Shown here: piece by piece, positions 49,277 through 59,162 of the stretch | How the letters are laid out: every line of letters begins with the position of its first letter | Numbering within the stretch: the first letter of the stretch is position 1 | Origin: an uncultured Pelagibacteraceae bacterium | Lineage (GTDB): Bacteria > Pseudomonadota > Alphaproteobacteria > Pelagibacterales > AG-422-B15 | Assembly (NCBI GenBank): GCA_902571005.1 | Contig: CACGAG010000002.1 | Location: forward strand, 4,095 to 68,094 | Direction of reading: 5' to 3' | DNA: 64,000 bases | Made by a program: the position numbers and the translations under genes | Notes under the pieces: generated by a model | The model's database searches: none | What the model saw: only the letters and a program-made list of their open reading frames with translations | Told to the model about the DNA's origin: nothing

Positions 49277-49324
49277 TATTTTCTCCATTAAGGTTTAGAA
49301 TCATTGCTAATTTATTTTGCCTTG

Positions 49325-49353
49325 ATTACAAAATTATAACGTTTTTGTTACAT
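49325..49353 (-). promoter_or_regulatory. Pho box upstream of pstS
   Basis: ATGTAAC/ACGTTAT/TTGTAAT at 11 bp spacing. Confidence 0.65.
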
Positions 49354-50091
49354 TTTTATGAACGTCGGTTTCTCGTTAAAATTTAAATAACTGATTTTAT
49401 TAAGATATTTAAAGGGAAGGTAAATTAGTGAGAATATAATAACTGTTAACACAGCCAAATAAGGAATATGCATTGGAGGAGATGGAAATATATCCAAAAG
49501 TGTGTTCGCGGCAGGCGTAATCATTAAATACCAATAATTTACATCTTTAAAGAATTGCGAAATATAAATATTTAATCCATAAATTATAGGTAATAAGCAA
49601 ATGGCAAACAAAAGAACTCGTAAAACTGACCACCAGGTTAATTGAACCTTCGTGCATACACAGGCATATATTACACCAAGCAGTAATAAACCATGGCCAA
49701 AATAATAAGTAATATATTCTGCATCAGGAAATGAGAAATCCAAATCTGGTGTAATGATTGCAAGGAAATTTCCACTTAATCCAAAAAAATAACCTACTTC
49801 GAAAAAGAATTTAATATTTGTAAACACATATAACCCCATTGATATTGCGGCTATATGGCAAATGTGTAATGGCAATACGTCGTAAATAGAATGATCATAA
49901 AATATCACTCGATAAAATGGTTTTATTATCTCATGAGAAATTAATATAAAACCAATTAACAAAAAAATTGATCTAGTTACATTTTTATTATTTATAAATC
50001 GAACAAAGAAAGGAAATAAAATTGAAATAGTCACAATTGTGAAAATTGTTGCCAAATGATGATAACCAAACAAAACAAATTGAGTCGCCAT
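49348..50091 (-). CDS. YwaF/TIGR02206 (TMEM164-family) membrane protein
   Basis: LPLHIC, AIITPD, YYFGH, NYWYL..P...LLD. Confidence 0.85.
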   Translation of the reverse strand: MATQFVLFGYHHLATIFTIVTISILFPFFVRFINNKNVTRSIFLLIGFILISHEIIKPFYRVIFYDHSIYDVLPLHICHIAAISMGLYVFTNIKFFFEVGYFFGLSGNFLAIITPDLDFSFPDAEYITYYFGHGLLLLGVIYACVCTKVQLTWWSVLRVLLFAICLLPIIYGLNIYISQFFKDVNYWYLMITPAANTLLDIFPSPPMHIPYLAVLTVIIFSLIYLPFKYLNKISYLNFNEKPTFIKM

Positions 50092-50131
50092 ATCTTATTT
50101 TAACCAAGATTTGTTAAACTATTATTGCACC

Positions 50132-51226
50132 TTATGAAATGGGTGCAATAGGCAATTCTACTGAAAATGTACTGCCTTGATTTATTTCACTTTTTATATC
50201 TAAATGTCCTCTGTGCTTATTTAAAATATGTTTAACTATGGTTAACCCTAAACCCGTTCCACCGATTTCTTTTGATCTTGCTGCATCTACACGGTAAAAA
50301 CGTTCAGTTAATCTTGTTAGATGTTTTGGGTGAATGCCTTCGCTTTCATCTTTAACGCTGATTTTTGATACAAGTTGTGGAAATAGCTTTTTATTATCAC
50401 TATGATCAGTTTGCTTTTTGATTTTTTCTGCCAATATGTCTATTGAGCTGTTTAGTTTTCCATATTTAATCGAATTATCTATAATATTTGTAAAGACCTG
50501 TACCAACTCATCTTCATTGCCCAATACAAATAAACCCTCACTAAGTTGATGGTTGACTCTTATTTTAATATTCTTTGTCAATGCGTATTCTTTTAGACTT
50601 TCCGCCACATTATCTATTGTTTTCAATAAATTAACTTTTTTGGTTGGATGAATATGCTCATCAGACTCTATTTTAGATACGACAATTAAATCATCTATCA
50701 GTCTTTTCATGCGAATTGTTTCTTTATCCATAATACCAAGAAACTTAGACATAGATTTTTGATCATCTTTTGCTGGACCTCTTATAGTCTCCAAAAAACC
50801 CATGATTGTAGCAAGTGGTGTTTTCAGCTCATGACTTACGTTTGCAATGAAAGAAGAGCGTACTCTTTCAATATTTTTTAAAGGAGTTATATTTTTCATG
50901 AGAATAACATAATTGTCTCTTGTGTTAGTTAATTGGAGATGATTTTTCTCATAACTAATCTCCACATTGTAAAAATTTGTTGATCTAGGTGATAAACTTC
51001 CGTACTCACTATTATATTCAATTATTTCTGTTTCTTTATTTTTATATACATTTTCTAATGCCTCTAAAACTATCGGGCTTCTAATTAAGTTTGTTATATT
51101 TTGACCAGTATAATTATTTTCAAATAAATCTATTGAATGGGAATTTTGAAAAACAATTTTTTGATCGGAATCAAGAACGATGATTGCATCTTCTAGCTTA
51201 TTAAGAATAAAACTGATATTTTCCAT
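50132..51226 (-). CDS. phoR: Sensor histidine kinase, PAS-HisKA-HATPase, no TM segment
   Basis: FIANVSHELKTPL, ERFYRVD..RS, GGTGLGL.IVKH. Confidence 0.9.
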   Translation of the reverse strand: MENISFILNKLEDAIIVLDSDQKIVFQNSHSIDLFENNYTGQNITNLIRSPIVLEALENVYKNKETEIIEYNSEYGSLSPRSTNFYNVEISYEKNHLQLTNTRDNYVILMKNITPLKNIERVRSSFIANVSHELKTPLATIMGFLETIRGPAKDDQKSMSKFLGIMDKETIRMKRLIDDLIVVSKIESDEHIHPTKKVNLLKTIDNVAESLKEYALTKNIKIRVNHQLSEGLFVLGNEDELVQVFTNIIDNSIKYGKLNSSIDILAEKIKKQTDHSDNKKLFPQLVSKISVKDESEGIHPKHLTRLTERFYRVDAARSKEIGGTGLGLTIVKHILNKHRGHLDIKSEINQGSTFSVELPIAPIS

Positions 51227-51229
51227 TGA

Positions 51230-52723
51230 TCAAACAAATATAATCTTTTGTGATAATTTTTTGTGCTTTGAAAGCATTAAAATAAATTTATTAAATCTAC
51301 TGTTTAAAAGTTCTGAATAGTTTTTTGGGATAGAAAATATCAAATTTGAATCTTTTACATAAATACTGATATTGCTGTAATTAAAATTAGATAATTTTCC
51401 AATTTCATATACAATTCTTAAGAATAATCCAAGCTCAATACTGCTTAATAATTTATTTTTATTTACAACTTTTCTATAATCTTTTATCTCATTTAGATCT
51501 ATTCCATTGTGAAAAACATAAATAACAGTAGCGAGTGTAACTCTGTCAGAATGGCTAAACTTTAATATTTCTGATTTTAATATTTGTTTAAATACAAACA
51601 ATCCCCTCTCGTCACGAGCTATACTGTCTCCCGTTGATAAATAACTTATAGAGGACACTCTTATTCTTTTATTTAAATAGGATTTTCTTTTAAAAAAATT
51701 ATTTGTGAATAATTTAATATTCTCATAATTTACGGTGCTAGGATTTAATTCGTTAGAAATTGCAGCAACTTTTAATGATTGATATTCAAGCGGATCGCTA
51801 TTTGAGCTTAAGTTTATTTTATTAGAAATGTAGCCTTCTCTGATAGCTGTGTATGAAATAACTACTTGCCTAGCAGAGGTCTTATTTATTATTTCCAACG
51901 CGACCTTGGCTGCGTATCGTATAAATGGTGTTTTATCTTTTGTAATTAATGAATATTGTAGCAAGTCCTTTTTTTTAAAATTTGAAACTTCTTCAAGCAT
52001 CGATACAAAGTTATCAAAATCAGGTTTGAAATGATGAATGACTTTGAGAGGATAGCTGTACTTATCAAAATATAATTTAACTAAAGCTCTCCACGTACCG
52101 CCCGTAAGGATTACCCTTTTAAACTTATTTTCATTAAGCCATTCAGTATTTTGTAGAGAGTTTTTGAATTTTTCTATTATTTTTCTATTTTTAGTTTTTG
52201 CTCTGTGAACACCTAGTGGCAAGGACAATGTATTCATTATTTCTTTCTTTTTAACTTCTGCGAGTTCTAAGCTGCCACCGCCGAGATCGGCAACGAGACC
52301 ACTTGATTTTTTTAGACCGACAATACATCCCATGGCAGAAAACTTTGCTTCTTCATTACCATTTAATACATGTATTTTCTTTTTAAAAATATTTTCTACA
52401 TCAGCAATAAATGCCTCTCTATTTTTAGCAACACGGACGGCTTCTGTTGCAAATATTTCATAATTTTTAATATTTGATGAGTCTATCAATTCCTTTATAT
52501 AATAGAACGCATTCATTGCTTTTTTTATGGAGTCTTTATTAAGCTTATTGTTTTTAATTAGATCTTTACCTAGCCCACATGAAATTTTTTTGTTAAAAAT
52601 AGCTATCTGATTAAACCTAAAGTTTTCAAAAATTTGAAAACGAACTGTGTCAGAGCCAATATCAATTATTGCAATGCGTTCGTCTTTAAAAAATAATTTT
52701 TTTTTGGGAATTAAATTATTCAT
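51230..52723 (-). CDS. ppx: Exopolyphosphatase Ppx/GppA
   Basis: IIDIGSDTVR, ATEAVR, DLGGGSLE, GGTWR. Confidence 0.88.
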   Translation of the reverse strand: MNNLIPKKKLFFKDERIAIIDIGSDTVRFQIFENFRFNQIAIFNKKISCGLGKDLIKNNKLNKDSIKKAMNAFYYIKELIDSSNIKNYEIFATEAVRVAKNREAFIADVENIFKKKIHVLNGNEEAKFSAMGCIVGLKKSSGLVADLGGGSLELAEVKKKEIMNTLSLPLGVHRAKTKNRKIIEKFKNSLQNTEWLNENKFKRVILTGGTWRALVKLYFDKYSYPLKVIHHFKPDFDNFVSMLEEVSNFKKKDLLQYSLITKDKTPFIRYAAKVALEIINKTSARQVVISYTAIREGYISNKINLSSNSDPLEYQSLKVAAISNELNPSTVNYENIKLFTNNFFKRKSYLNKRIRVSSISYLSTGDSIARDERGLFVFKQILKSEILKFSHSDRVTLATVIYVFHNGIDLNEIKDYRKVVNKNKLLSSIELGLFLRIVYEIGKLSNFNYSNISIYVKDSNLIFSIPKNYSELLNSRFNKFILMLSKHKKLSQKIIFV

Positions 52724-54845
52724 AATGCATCAGAGAGAGTAGTTTCTTAGGCTTTCTATTTCCTTTTAATTTTCCTCTACCTGACAAACTTGGATTTGAC
52801 ATGAAGTATTTATGTGCATTAAACGTCTTACCTTTTTGTTTAACTCTTTTGTATGTGCCATCATCGTTCATTATCCACGTTTGCTCATTATCTAGAAAAT
52901 TGGCAACCATTATTTGATTCAATATTTGCTCATGGACAGTGGAGTTCTTTATGGGGGTTAATATTTCAACTCTTCTATCCAGATTTCTAGGCATAAGATC
53001 AGCTGATCCAATTAAAACGGTGTTGTTTTTTGATGGTATATTAGATTCGTTTGCAAAACAGAAGATTCTAGCATGCTCTAAATACCGGCCAATGATACTT
53101 TTAACAACAATATTTTCAGAAAGTTTTTTAACTCCTGGTCTTAAGCAGCAAATTCCTCTAATGAACAATTCAATTTTTACTCCCGCTGCAGAAGCCTCAT
53201 AAAGCTTGGAGATCATTTGAGGGTCAACCAAAGAGTTCATTTTAAGCCAGATACCAGATGGTTTACTTTTCTTTGCATTTTTAATTTCATTATCAATCAT
53301 TGCATTAATTTGATTTCGCATTGCGGGTGGAGAGAGCACTATATCATTTAATTTCATTGGAGAAGCATACCCAGTCATGTAATTAAAGATTCTCTCAATG
53401 TCTTTGCAGATTTTTTCATCTGCCGTAAATAATGACAGGTCTTCATAAGTTTTAGCATTTTTTGGATGATAGTTTCCTGTGCCTACATGTACATAGCTTT
53501 TTAATTTGCCTGCTTCTCTTCTGATAATTAGACTTGCCTTTGCATGCGTCTTCAATTGAGCGAAACCATATACAATTTGAACTCCTGATTTCTCCATTTG
53601 ATTGGCAAGAGCTAAATTAGATTCCTCATCAAATCTTGCTTTGATTTCAACAACAGCTGTAACACTCTTGCCGTTATCTGCTGCTTTTGTAAGGGCTTTT
53701 ATAATAGGACTATCAGCAGTGGTTCTGTAAATCGTTTGTTTAATAGCTACTACTTTTGGATCTATAGCAGCCTGATTTAAATAATCAACTACAACATCAA
53801 AAGTTTCATATGGATGATGGACAACAAAATCTTTTGATCTGATGGCAGCAAAACAATTATTATCAAATTGCTTTAACCTTTCAACAGGTCTTGATATGAA
53901 TTTTTTAAATTTTAATTTTGGTCTATTTAAATTATGAATCTGCGATAAATCTTGTAAACCAACATGCTTTGATAGAGCAATGACTTGCGCATCTTTAAGA
54001 TTCAAATTTTTTTTTAAAAAGTTTTTCTTTTTAGATGATATGTTTTTTAAAACTTCTAGCCTTACTATTTCCCCTCTTTTTCTTTTTGTTAAAGCTTTTT
54101 CAAAATATTTAATAACATCTTCATCATCCTCATATTCGTAATCGATATCACTGTCTCTTATAACTCTGAATATTGCACTATCCAACAATTTAGAATTTGG
54201 GAATAGATCTTTAAAAAAATATCTAATAATATCTTCAACAAATAAATAGTATTCTTTTTTACCTTCTTGAATAAACACAAGTCTGTTTAATGCTCGCGGA
54301 ACAATGATTACCGAATTAAACGGTTTATTTGAACCTCCTGCCACTAAACTCAATGAAATACACAGTCCTTCATTTGGAATAAATGGAAATGGATGCACTG
54401 GGTCAATTGAAATTGGCGTTAATATAGGCAGTATTTCTTCATTAAAAAGTTTCTTTAGATTTTTTCTCAATCTTATATTTAATTTATTAGGCGTAATATG
54501 AATTATTTTTTCTGCATTTAATTCTCTAACAAGCTTTCTAAAAGAAACATCCTGACTCTTAAATATTTTTGCAGATGCATTTTGTGCTGCTTTTAATTGC
54601 TGATGTCCAGTCATGCCGTCATGGCTTATTTTGTTTGGATTATTTTCTATTTCATCCAAAAGACTTGGTATTCTTACCATATAAAATTCGTCCAGATTAC
54701 TTGCAGAAATTGAGAGAAAATTAACTCTTTCGATTAACGGCACTTTAGCATCATTAGCCTCATCTAAAACTCTTTGGTTAAAAAGAAGCCATGATAATTC
54801 TCTGTTTAAGAACTTATTGTCTGAATTTGTATTTTTTCTTATCAT
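52716..54845 (-). CDS. ppk1: Polyphosphate kinase 1
   Basis: NRELSWL.FN.RVL, HHPYETF, LKTHAK, GRYLEHAR, RNLDRRVE; start probably ATG 54845. Confidence 0.96.
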   Translation of the reverse strand: MIRKNTNSDNKFLNRELSWLLFNQRVLDEANDAKVPLIERVNFLSISASNLDEFYMVRIPSLLDEIENNPNKISHDGMTGHQQLKAAQNASAKIFKSQDVSFRKLVRELNAEKIIHITPNKLNIRLRKNLKKLFNEEILPILTPISIDPVHPFPFIPNEGLCISLSLVAGGSNKPFNSVIIVPRALNRLVFIQEGKKEYYLFVEDIIRYFFKDLFPNSKLLDSAIFRVIRDSDIDYEYEDDEDVIKYFEKALTKRKRGEIVRLEVLKNISSKKKNFLKKNLNLKDAQVIALSKHVGLQDLSQIHNLNRPKLKFKKFISRPVERLKQFDNNCFAAIRSKDFVVHHPYETFDVVVDYLNQAAIDPKVVAIKQTIYRTTADSPIIKALTKAADNGKSVTAVVEIKARFDEESNLALANQMEKSGVQIVYGFAQLKTHAKASLIIRREAGKLKSYVHVGTGNYHPKNAKTYEDLSLFTADEKICKDIERIFNYMTGYASPMKLNDIVLSPPAMRNQINAMIDNEIKNAKKSKPSGIWLKMNSLVDPQMISKLYEASAAGVKIELFIRGICCLRPGVKKLSENIVVKSIIGRYLEHARIFCFANESNIPSKNNTVLIGSADLMPRNLDRRVEILTPIKNSTVHEQILNQIMVANFLDNEQTWIMNDDGTYKRVKQKGKTFNAHKYFMSNPSLSGRGKLKGNRKPKKLLSLMHYE

Positions 54846-54855
54846 TATTAAAGTG

Positions 54856-55371
54856 ATGAAGCATTTATATCTATTGAGACACGCTAAATCAAGTTGGGAT
54901 GATCCTAGTTTAACTGATTTTGAGAGACCTCTTTCAAAAAGAGGAAAAAACAATTGTAATAAAATTGAAACATTTCTTTCACAAAAAAAAATAATACCTG
55001 ATATTTCCTATGTTTCATCTGCAAGAAGAACTGTCGACACATTTAATTTAGTTCTTGGAAAAACACTAAGGACAAGCTCGAAGGTTGTTTTTAGCAAGAA
55101 ATTATATTTATGTGACGAAATCTACCTTTTTGACTTAATCAAAAACACTGAAAATAATTATTCAAATCTTTTAATTGTTAATCATGAACCAACAATTCGA
55201 AATTTAACAATTGATTTAAGTGCGCCCTCTCAAGATGAGAAATATTTAAATATTAAAAATAAATTTCCTACAGGAAGTCTTGCAATACTCAAATCTGATT
55301 TAAAAGATTGGAGTGAATTAAAATATAATTCATTTAAAGTTACAGATTTTGTTCGACCTAGATTCTTATAG
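54856..55371 (+). CDS. sixA: SixA-like histidine phosphatase
   Basis: LYLLRHAKSSW, D.ERPL..RG, V.HEP, FPT. Confidence 0.88.
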   Translation: MKHLYLLRHAKSSWDDPSLTDFERPLSKRGKNNCNKIETFLSQKKIIPDISYVSSARRTVDTFNLVLGKTLRTSSKVVFSKKLYLCDEIYLFDLIKNTENNYSNLLIVNHEPTIRNLTIDLSAPSQDEKYLNIKNKFPTGSLAILKSDLKDWSELKYNSFKVTDFVRPRFL

Positions 55372-55372
55372 A

Positions 55373-55873
55373 TTATATTGATGCAGCGTAATCAATTATG
55401 CTATTTTGAATTTTTATTAATACATCGTTATCGGAGGTTGATTTTATCCAATTATTATTTTTTAATTCTTGAATGAATATTCTTATGTCTAAGGAATCTG
55501 CTGTTAAATCATCACCAACAATATAAACATCAATTTTAATGCGGCTGTTTATATCTTTTTCAATTGAAAACCAATCAGTCAATATAAAGTAGTCTTCTTT
55601 GTTGGCTTCCAACACCGGCATGAATGACAACTTTGCAAGTGAAGCCTTCCATAGCTTTTCTTTATTATTAATTAAATTGTCATTGTTGATTGAGAGTGAT
55701 TTACTTATTTCATCGTTTATCCATTTATTAAGGCTTATCCCCCTTGAGTTAGGATCTGCTGCGTCTTCTCCTCTTATATGGCCAGAGTCTGCCCTTTCTA
55801 TGCTTAATGGAAGTTGAGCGCAGTTAGTGAGAGTGACTAAAATAAAAATGAAAAAAAAATATGCTTTCATCAC
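55373..55873 (-). CDS. DUF3576-like lipoprotein
   Basis: Lipobox LTNC, LWKASL..LSFMP, ILTDW. Confidence 0.75.
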   Translation of the reverse strand: MMKAYFFFIFILVTLTNCAQLPLSIERADSGHIRGEDAADPNSRGISLNKWINDEISKSLSINNDNLINNKEKLWKASLAKLSFMPVLEANKEDYFILTDWFSIEKDINSRIKIDVYIVGDDLTADSLDIRIFIQELKNNNWIKSTSDNDVLIKIQNSIIDYAASI

Positions 55874-55881
55874 TTATTAAT

Positions 55882-55910
55882 ATTACAAGATTGTTACATA
55901 TTTATTAAAA
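55882..55910 (-). promoter_or_regulatory. Pho-box-like array upstream of the DUF3576 gene
   Basis: TTTTAAT/ATGTAAC/TTGTAAT at 11 bp spacing. Confidence 0.55.
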
Positions 55911-55941
55911 TAACCAGAGTGCATTATTTGCACTCTGGTTA
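55911..55941 (-). terminator. Hairpin after the porin gene
   Basis: Perfect 13-bp stem TAACCAGAGTGCA/TGCACTCTGGTTA followed by TTTT on the minus strand. Confidence 0.8.
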
Positions 55942-55979
55942 TCATGATCAATTAACTTGAAAGGATTAAAAAAAGTTAA

Positions 55980-56912
55980 TTAAAAGCCAATTTTGTAGCC
56001 AATGAAGAAGTTTTCAACATCCTCATTTGAACCCACAGAAGCAACATGATATTCAAGTGATGCTTTTACGCCTCCACCGAATGACTTTTGCAAGGAAGCA
56101 ATAGAGCCATCGTCATCAGCCGTTGCGCCAGGATTATCTACATCAAAATACTCGTATTGAAAAGTTGCACCCAATCCAGGAATCTTTGGCGTTTTCACAC
56201 CTACTACTGTATAGCTGTCACCGCTATCTGAATCGTATAGACCATAACCAATCGTGTAACCTGCAAGTTTAGGTGCTTTAATACCAATCATATAGTTTTC
56301 ATCCCCAGTTCTAGAGTCCGTATTGCCTTCATCGACAATGCCTCCTTTGACTGAAAAACCGGCGATCTTTCCAGATATTGAATAAGCCATTGTGTCGTCA
56401 TAACCAGCCGTTGTTCCAAATCCGATACCCGCTTTAACAGTAAATCCATTTATCTTAGGTGATGTGTAGACAATTTGGTTGCTATCATCAAAACCTGCTG
56501 CACCAGTAACGCCATCACCATCTTCATAATCAGCGCTTAGGCCTTGAGGTAATTTTCTAGAGCTTGCAAATGATGATTTTACAGGATGGCTATCCATACT
56601 ATCAACGGGGCCGCCTGAGAGACCATTACCAAAAGAAACTGTGCCCATGTCAGAAATGAATGAAATATCAAAATCACCACCTCCACCAGACTCGTAAGCC
56701 ATGACACCTTCTATACCTATACCATTGTCTAATGTATCTGTATAAGTCACGTATGCTGATTCTGTTATTGATATTCTTTCCTGAGACGCGTAAGAATCTC
56801 CAGATCCCCACAAGCCATTAAAAGTACCGCCAACAGTTACATCTGCTTGCGCACTTGAAAGAGCCATTATACTAGCAAGTGCAGTCGTCGCACTTAAGAT
56901 TTTGTTGTTCAT
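55980..56912 (-). CDS. Outer-membrane porin (alphaproteobacterial type)
   Basis: Signal peptide AQA, TLDNGI, YTSPKINGF, C-terminal IGYKIGF. Confidence 0.85.
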   Translation of the reverse strand: MNNKILSATTALASIMALSSAQADVTVGGTFNGLWGSGDSYASQERISITESAYVTYTDTLDNGIGIEGVMAYESGGGGDFDISFISDMGTVSFGNGLSGGPVDSMDSHPVKSSFASSRKLPQGLSADYEDGDGVTGAAGFDDSNQIVYTSPKINGFTVKAGIGFGTTAGYDDTMAYSISGKIAGFSVKGGIVDEGNTDSRTGDENYMIGIKAPKLAGYTIGYGLYDSDSGDSYTVVGVKTPKIPGLGATFQYEYFDVDNPGATADDDGSIASLQKSFGGGVKASLEYHVASVGSNEDVENFFIGYKIGF

Positions 56913-56982
56913 ATATCACTCCATTAATTAATTAATGAGTGAAGTCATACATGAGATTTCATAAAATTTTAGTTAAGTAAAT

Positions 56983-57020
56983 ATTAACAATTATTAAGGT
57001 CTATTAAAATTTTGTTACAG
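56983..57020 (-). promoter_or_regulatory. Pho-box-like array upstream of the porin
   Basis: CTGTAAC/TTTTAAT/CCTTAAT/TGTTAAT at 10-11 bp spacing. Confidence 0.55.
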
Positions 57021-57193
57021 CTAAATTAATATTATTTCAATTTTGTTAAGATTATATAACAGTTTATTTTTTTATATGTTTAAAAGTGTTTTTTTTATTT
57101 CAAAATTATTTAAATATAATTTCTTATTATTAATTTTTTATTTAAAATTTATTAAGATGAATACTGTATAAAAAAATTTTTCTTCAAGTGTTG

Positions 57194-58201
57194 TTATTTT
57201 GCAACGCGTGATACAGTTTGATGTGACAAAAACAGCTTAGAAACCTCCTGCCAATCAAACTTTTTACTATAATTTATACAATCTGTACGACTCACTTTTC
57301 TCGCCTTATCAATTGAATTAATTAAATTATGATCAAGACAATTATGTTTAAAATTATCAAAAACATCAATTGGACCTGGAACAGGATATGCGGCCACAGG
57401 AAGTCCACTGGCGAGAGCCTCGATCATGACCATTCCAAACGTATCTGTTTTACTTGGAAATACAAAGATATCTGAAGATGCATAGTACTGGGCCAGTTCA
57501 TTTCCTTTCTTCGCTCCTACAAAAACTGCATCAGTATATTTTTTTTCTAATTTTTTCTTAGAGGGTCCATCACCTACAAGTAGTTTTGTGCCTTTTAAAT
57601 TTAATTTAAGAAAATCTTCTAATGATTTTTCCTTAGATATTCTTCCTACATATAAATAAATTGGTTTTTCTAAATTGAGATCAATCTTGTTCTTCGGATT
57701 AAAAGCTTTTATATCAACGCCCCTGGACCATTTAACTGTCCTTTTAATTCCATGTGAATTAAGTTCATCTATAATTGAATTAGAGGATACCATTACTGCG
57801 CTAGAATTTTTGTGAAACCATTTCAAAATTTTATATGTAAAAGATACAGGTATCTTAGCCATCGTGTTTATATATTCAGGAAATTTTGTACAATACGAGG
57901 TTGTAAACGCATAATTATTCTTTGAACAATAATTCCTAACCGCTAAGCCAATAGGTCCCTCTGTAGCAACGTGTATAAAGTCAGGCTTAAACTTCTCAAT
58001 GATCACGCCAATTTTGAACCAATGATTAATCGCAAGTTTTATTTCAGGATAAATAATCAGTGGAATTGTAATAAATTTATCTGGAGTTATATACCTAACC
58101 TCATGTCCTTGACTTGTAAGTTCATCACCAAGTGTTTGATAAGTTCTAACAACACCATTTATTTGAGGGAGCCATGCGTCTGATGCGATGAGTATTTTCA
58201 A
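57194..58201 (-). CDS. agt: GT4 glycosyltransferase (Agt-type glycolipid synthase)
   Basis: SDAWLPQINGVVRT, HVATEGP.G, FPSKTDTFG.V..EALASG.PV; coupled to plcP. Confidence 0.8.
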   Translation of the reverse strand: MKILIASDAWLPQINGVVRTYQTLGDELTSQGHEVRYITPDKFITIPLIIYPEIKLAINHWFKIGVIIEKFKPDFIHVATEGPIGLAVRNYCSKNNYAFTTSYCTKFPEYINTMAKIPVSFTYKILKWFHKNSSAVMVSSNSIIDELNSHGIKRTVKWSRGVDIKAFNPKNKIDLNLEKPIYLYVGRISKEKSLEDFLKLNLKGTKLLVGDGPSKKKLEKKYTDAVFVGAKKGNELAQYYASSDIFVFPSKTDTFGMVMIEALASGLPVAAYPVPGPIDVFDNFKHNCLDHNLINSIDKARKVSRTDCINYSKKFDWQEVSKLFLSHQTVSRVAK

Positions 58202-59020
58202 TTAACTTAATACCTTTACGGAGTCCTTATGTTTGTTGATAATTTCATACTTTTCAGCGATATCTTTCCAGAAAAGAATTTCCATTGATCCATCAAAATT
58301 TTCTATCATAAAGGAGCAACTTTCTACCCAGTCCCCATCATTATAGTAATGAACTCCATTTATTATTCGATGTGAAGCATGGTGAATATGTCCGCAAATA
58401 ACTCCTTTTAGATTTTTCTTTTTTGCATAACCTGCAACTATTTCTTCGTACTTATTAATGTAAGAAACAGCATTTTTTACTTTTAATTTTAGATACTTTG
58501 AAAGCGACCAATATTTCAAACCCAATAATAATCTTAATTGATTAAATCTTCTATTTAGCCATAAAGCTAAATCGTATGCGCTAGCGCCAAGATGGGCTAA
58601 CCAGGGTGCGATATTGATAATTGAGTCAAATTTGTCTCCATGGAGTATAAGATATTCAGATCCATCTACTGTCTTATGTTTGATTTCATTAACTACTCTA
58701 ATTTCGCCTAGTGTTATTGGCACAAATTTTCTAACAAGCTCATCATGATTTCCTGATACATAAAACACTTTAGTTCCATGTCGTGCTTTTCTTAGAATTT
58801 TTTGTATTACATCACTGTGACTTTGTGGCCAGTACCATCTATTTTTAAGTCGCCACCCATCTATAATATCTCCAACTAAGTATAGGTAATCTGATCTGGT
58901 ATTTTTTAAAAAATCAAGCAACTGTTCAGCTTGACAGCCTTTTGACCCTAAATGAATATCTGAAATAAATATGGAACGATATTTTAAGAGAGGAATAACA
59001 TTATTTTTTTCGTTGACCAT
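58202..59020 (-). CDS. plcP: PlcP phospholipase C (LpxH-like metallophosphoesterase)
   Basis: ISDIHLG, VGDIIDGW, GNHD, HGD.FD, CGHIH, NDGDWVES. Confidence 0.85.
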   Translation of the reverse strand: MVNEKNNVIPLLKYRSIFISDIHLGSKGCQAEQLLDFLKNTRSDYLYLVGDIIDGWRLKNRWYWPQSHSDVIQKILRKARHGTKVFYVSGNHDELVRKFVPITLGEIRVVNEIKHKTVDGSEYLILHGDKFDSIINIAPWLAHLGASAYDLALWLNRRFNQLRLLLGLKYWSLSKYLKLKVKNAVSYINKYEEIVAGYAKKKNLKGVICGHIHHASHRIINGVHYYNDGDWVESCSFMIENFDGSMEILFWKDIAEKYEIINKHKDSVKVLS

Positions 59021-59100
59021 AAATTTGGTAAAAAAGAATCAATCTTCATTACATTACCAATAATTTATGAAAGATTTGTTAAGCTATACTTTCTAGAAAT

Positions 59101-59156
59101 CTGTCATAAAATTTTAATATTCTTGTAATTTTTATGACAAAATTAAAAATTATAAT
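59101..59156 (+). promoter_or_regulatory. PhoB-type promoter: four 11-bp-spaced half-sites, 10-bp spacer, TATAAT
   Basis: CTGTCAT 59101, TTTTAAT 59112, TTGTAAT 59123, ATGACAA 59134, TATAAT 59151. Confidence 0.7.
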
Positions 59157-59162
59157 TTAATC

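Noticed and set aside
54846-54953. Long overlap between the ppk1 and sixA ORFs
   Set aside because: Artefact of longest-ORF starts; recognisable sequence begins at 54845 and 54856
57021-57193. Very AT-rich tract as an origin or repeat array
   Set aside because: No DnaA boxes or regular repeats discerned; likely porin promoter DNA
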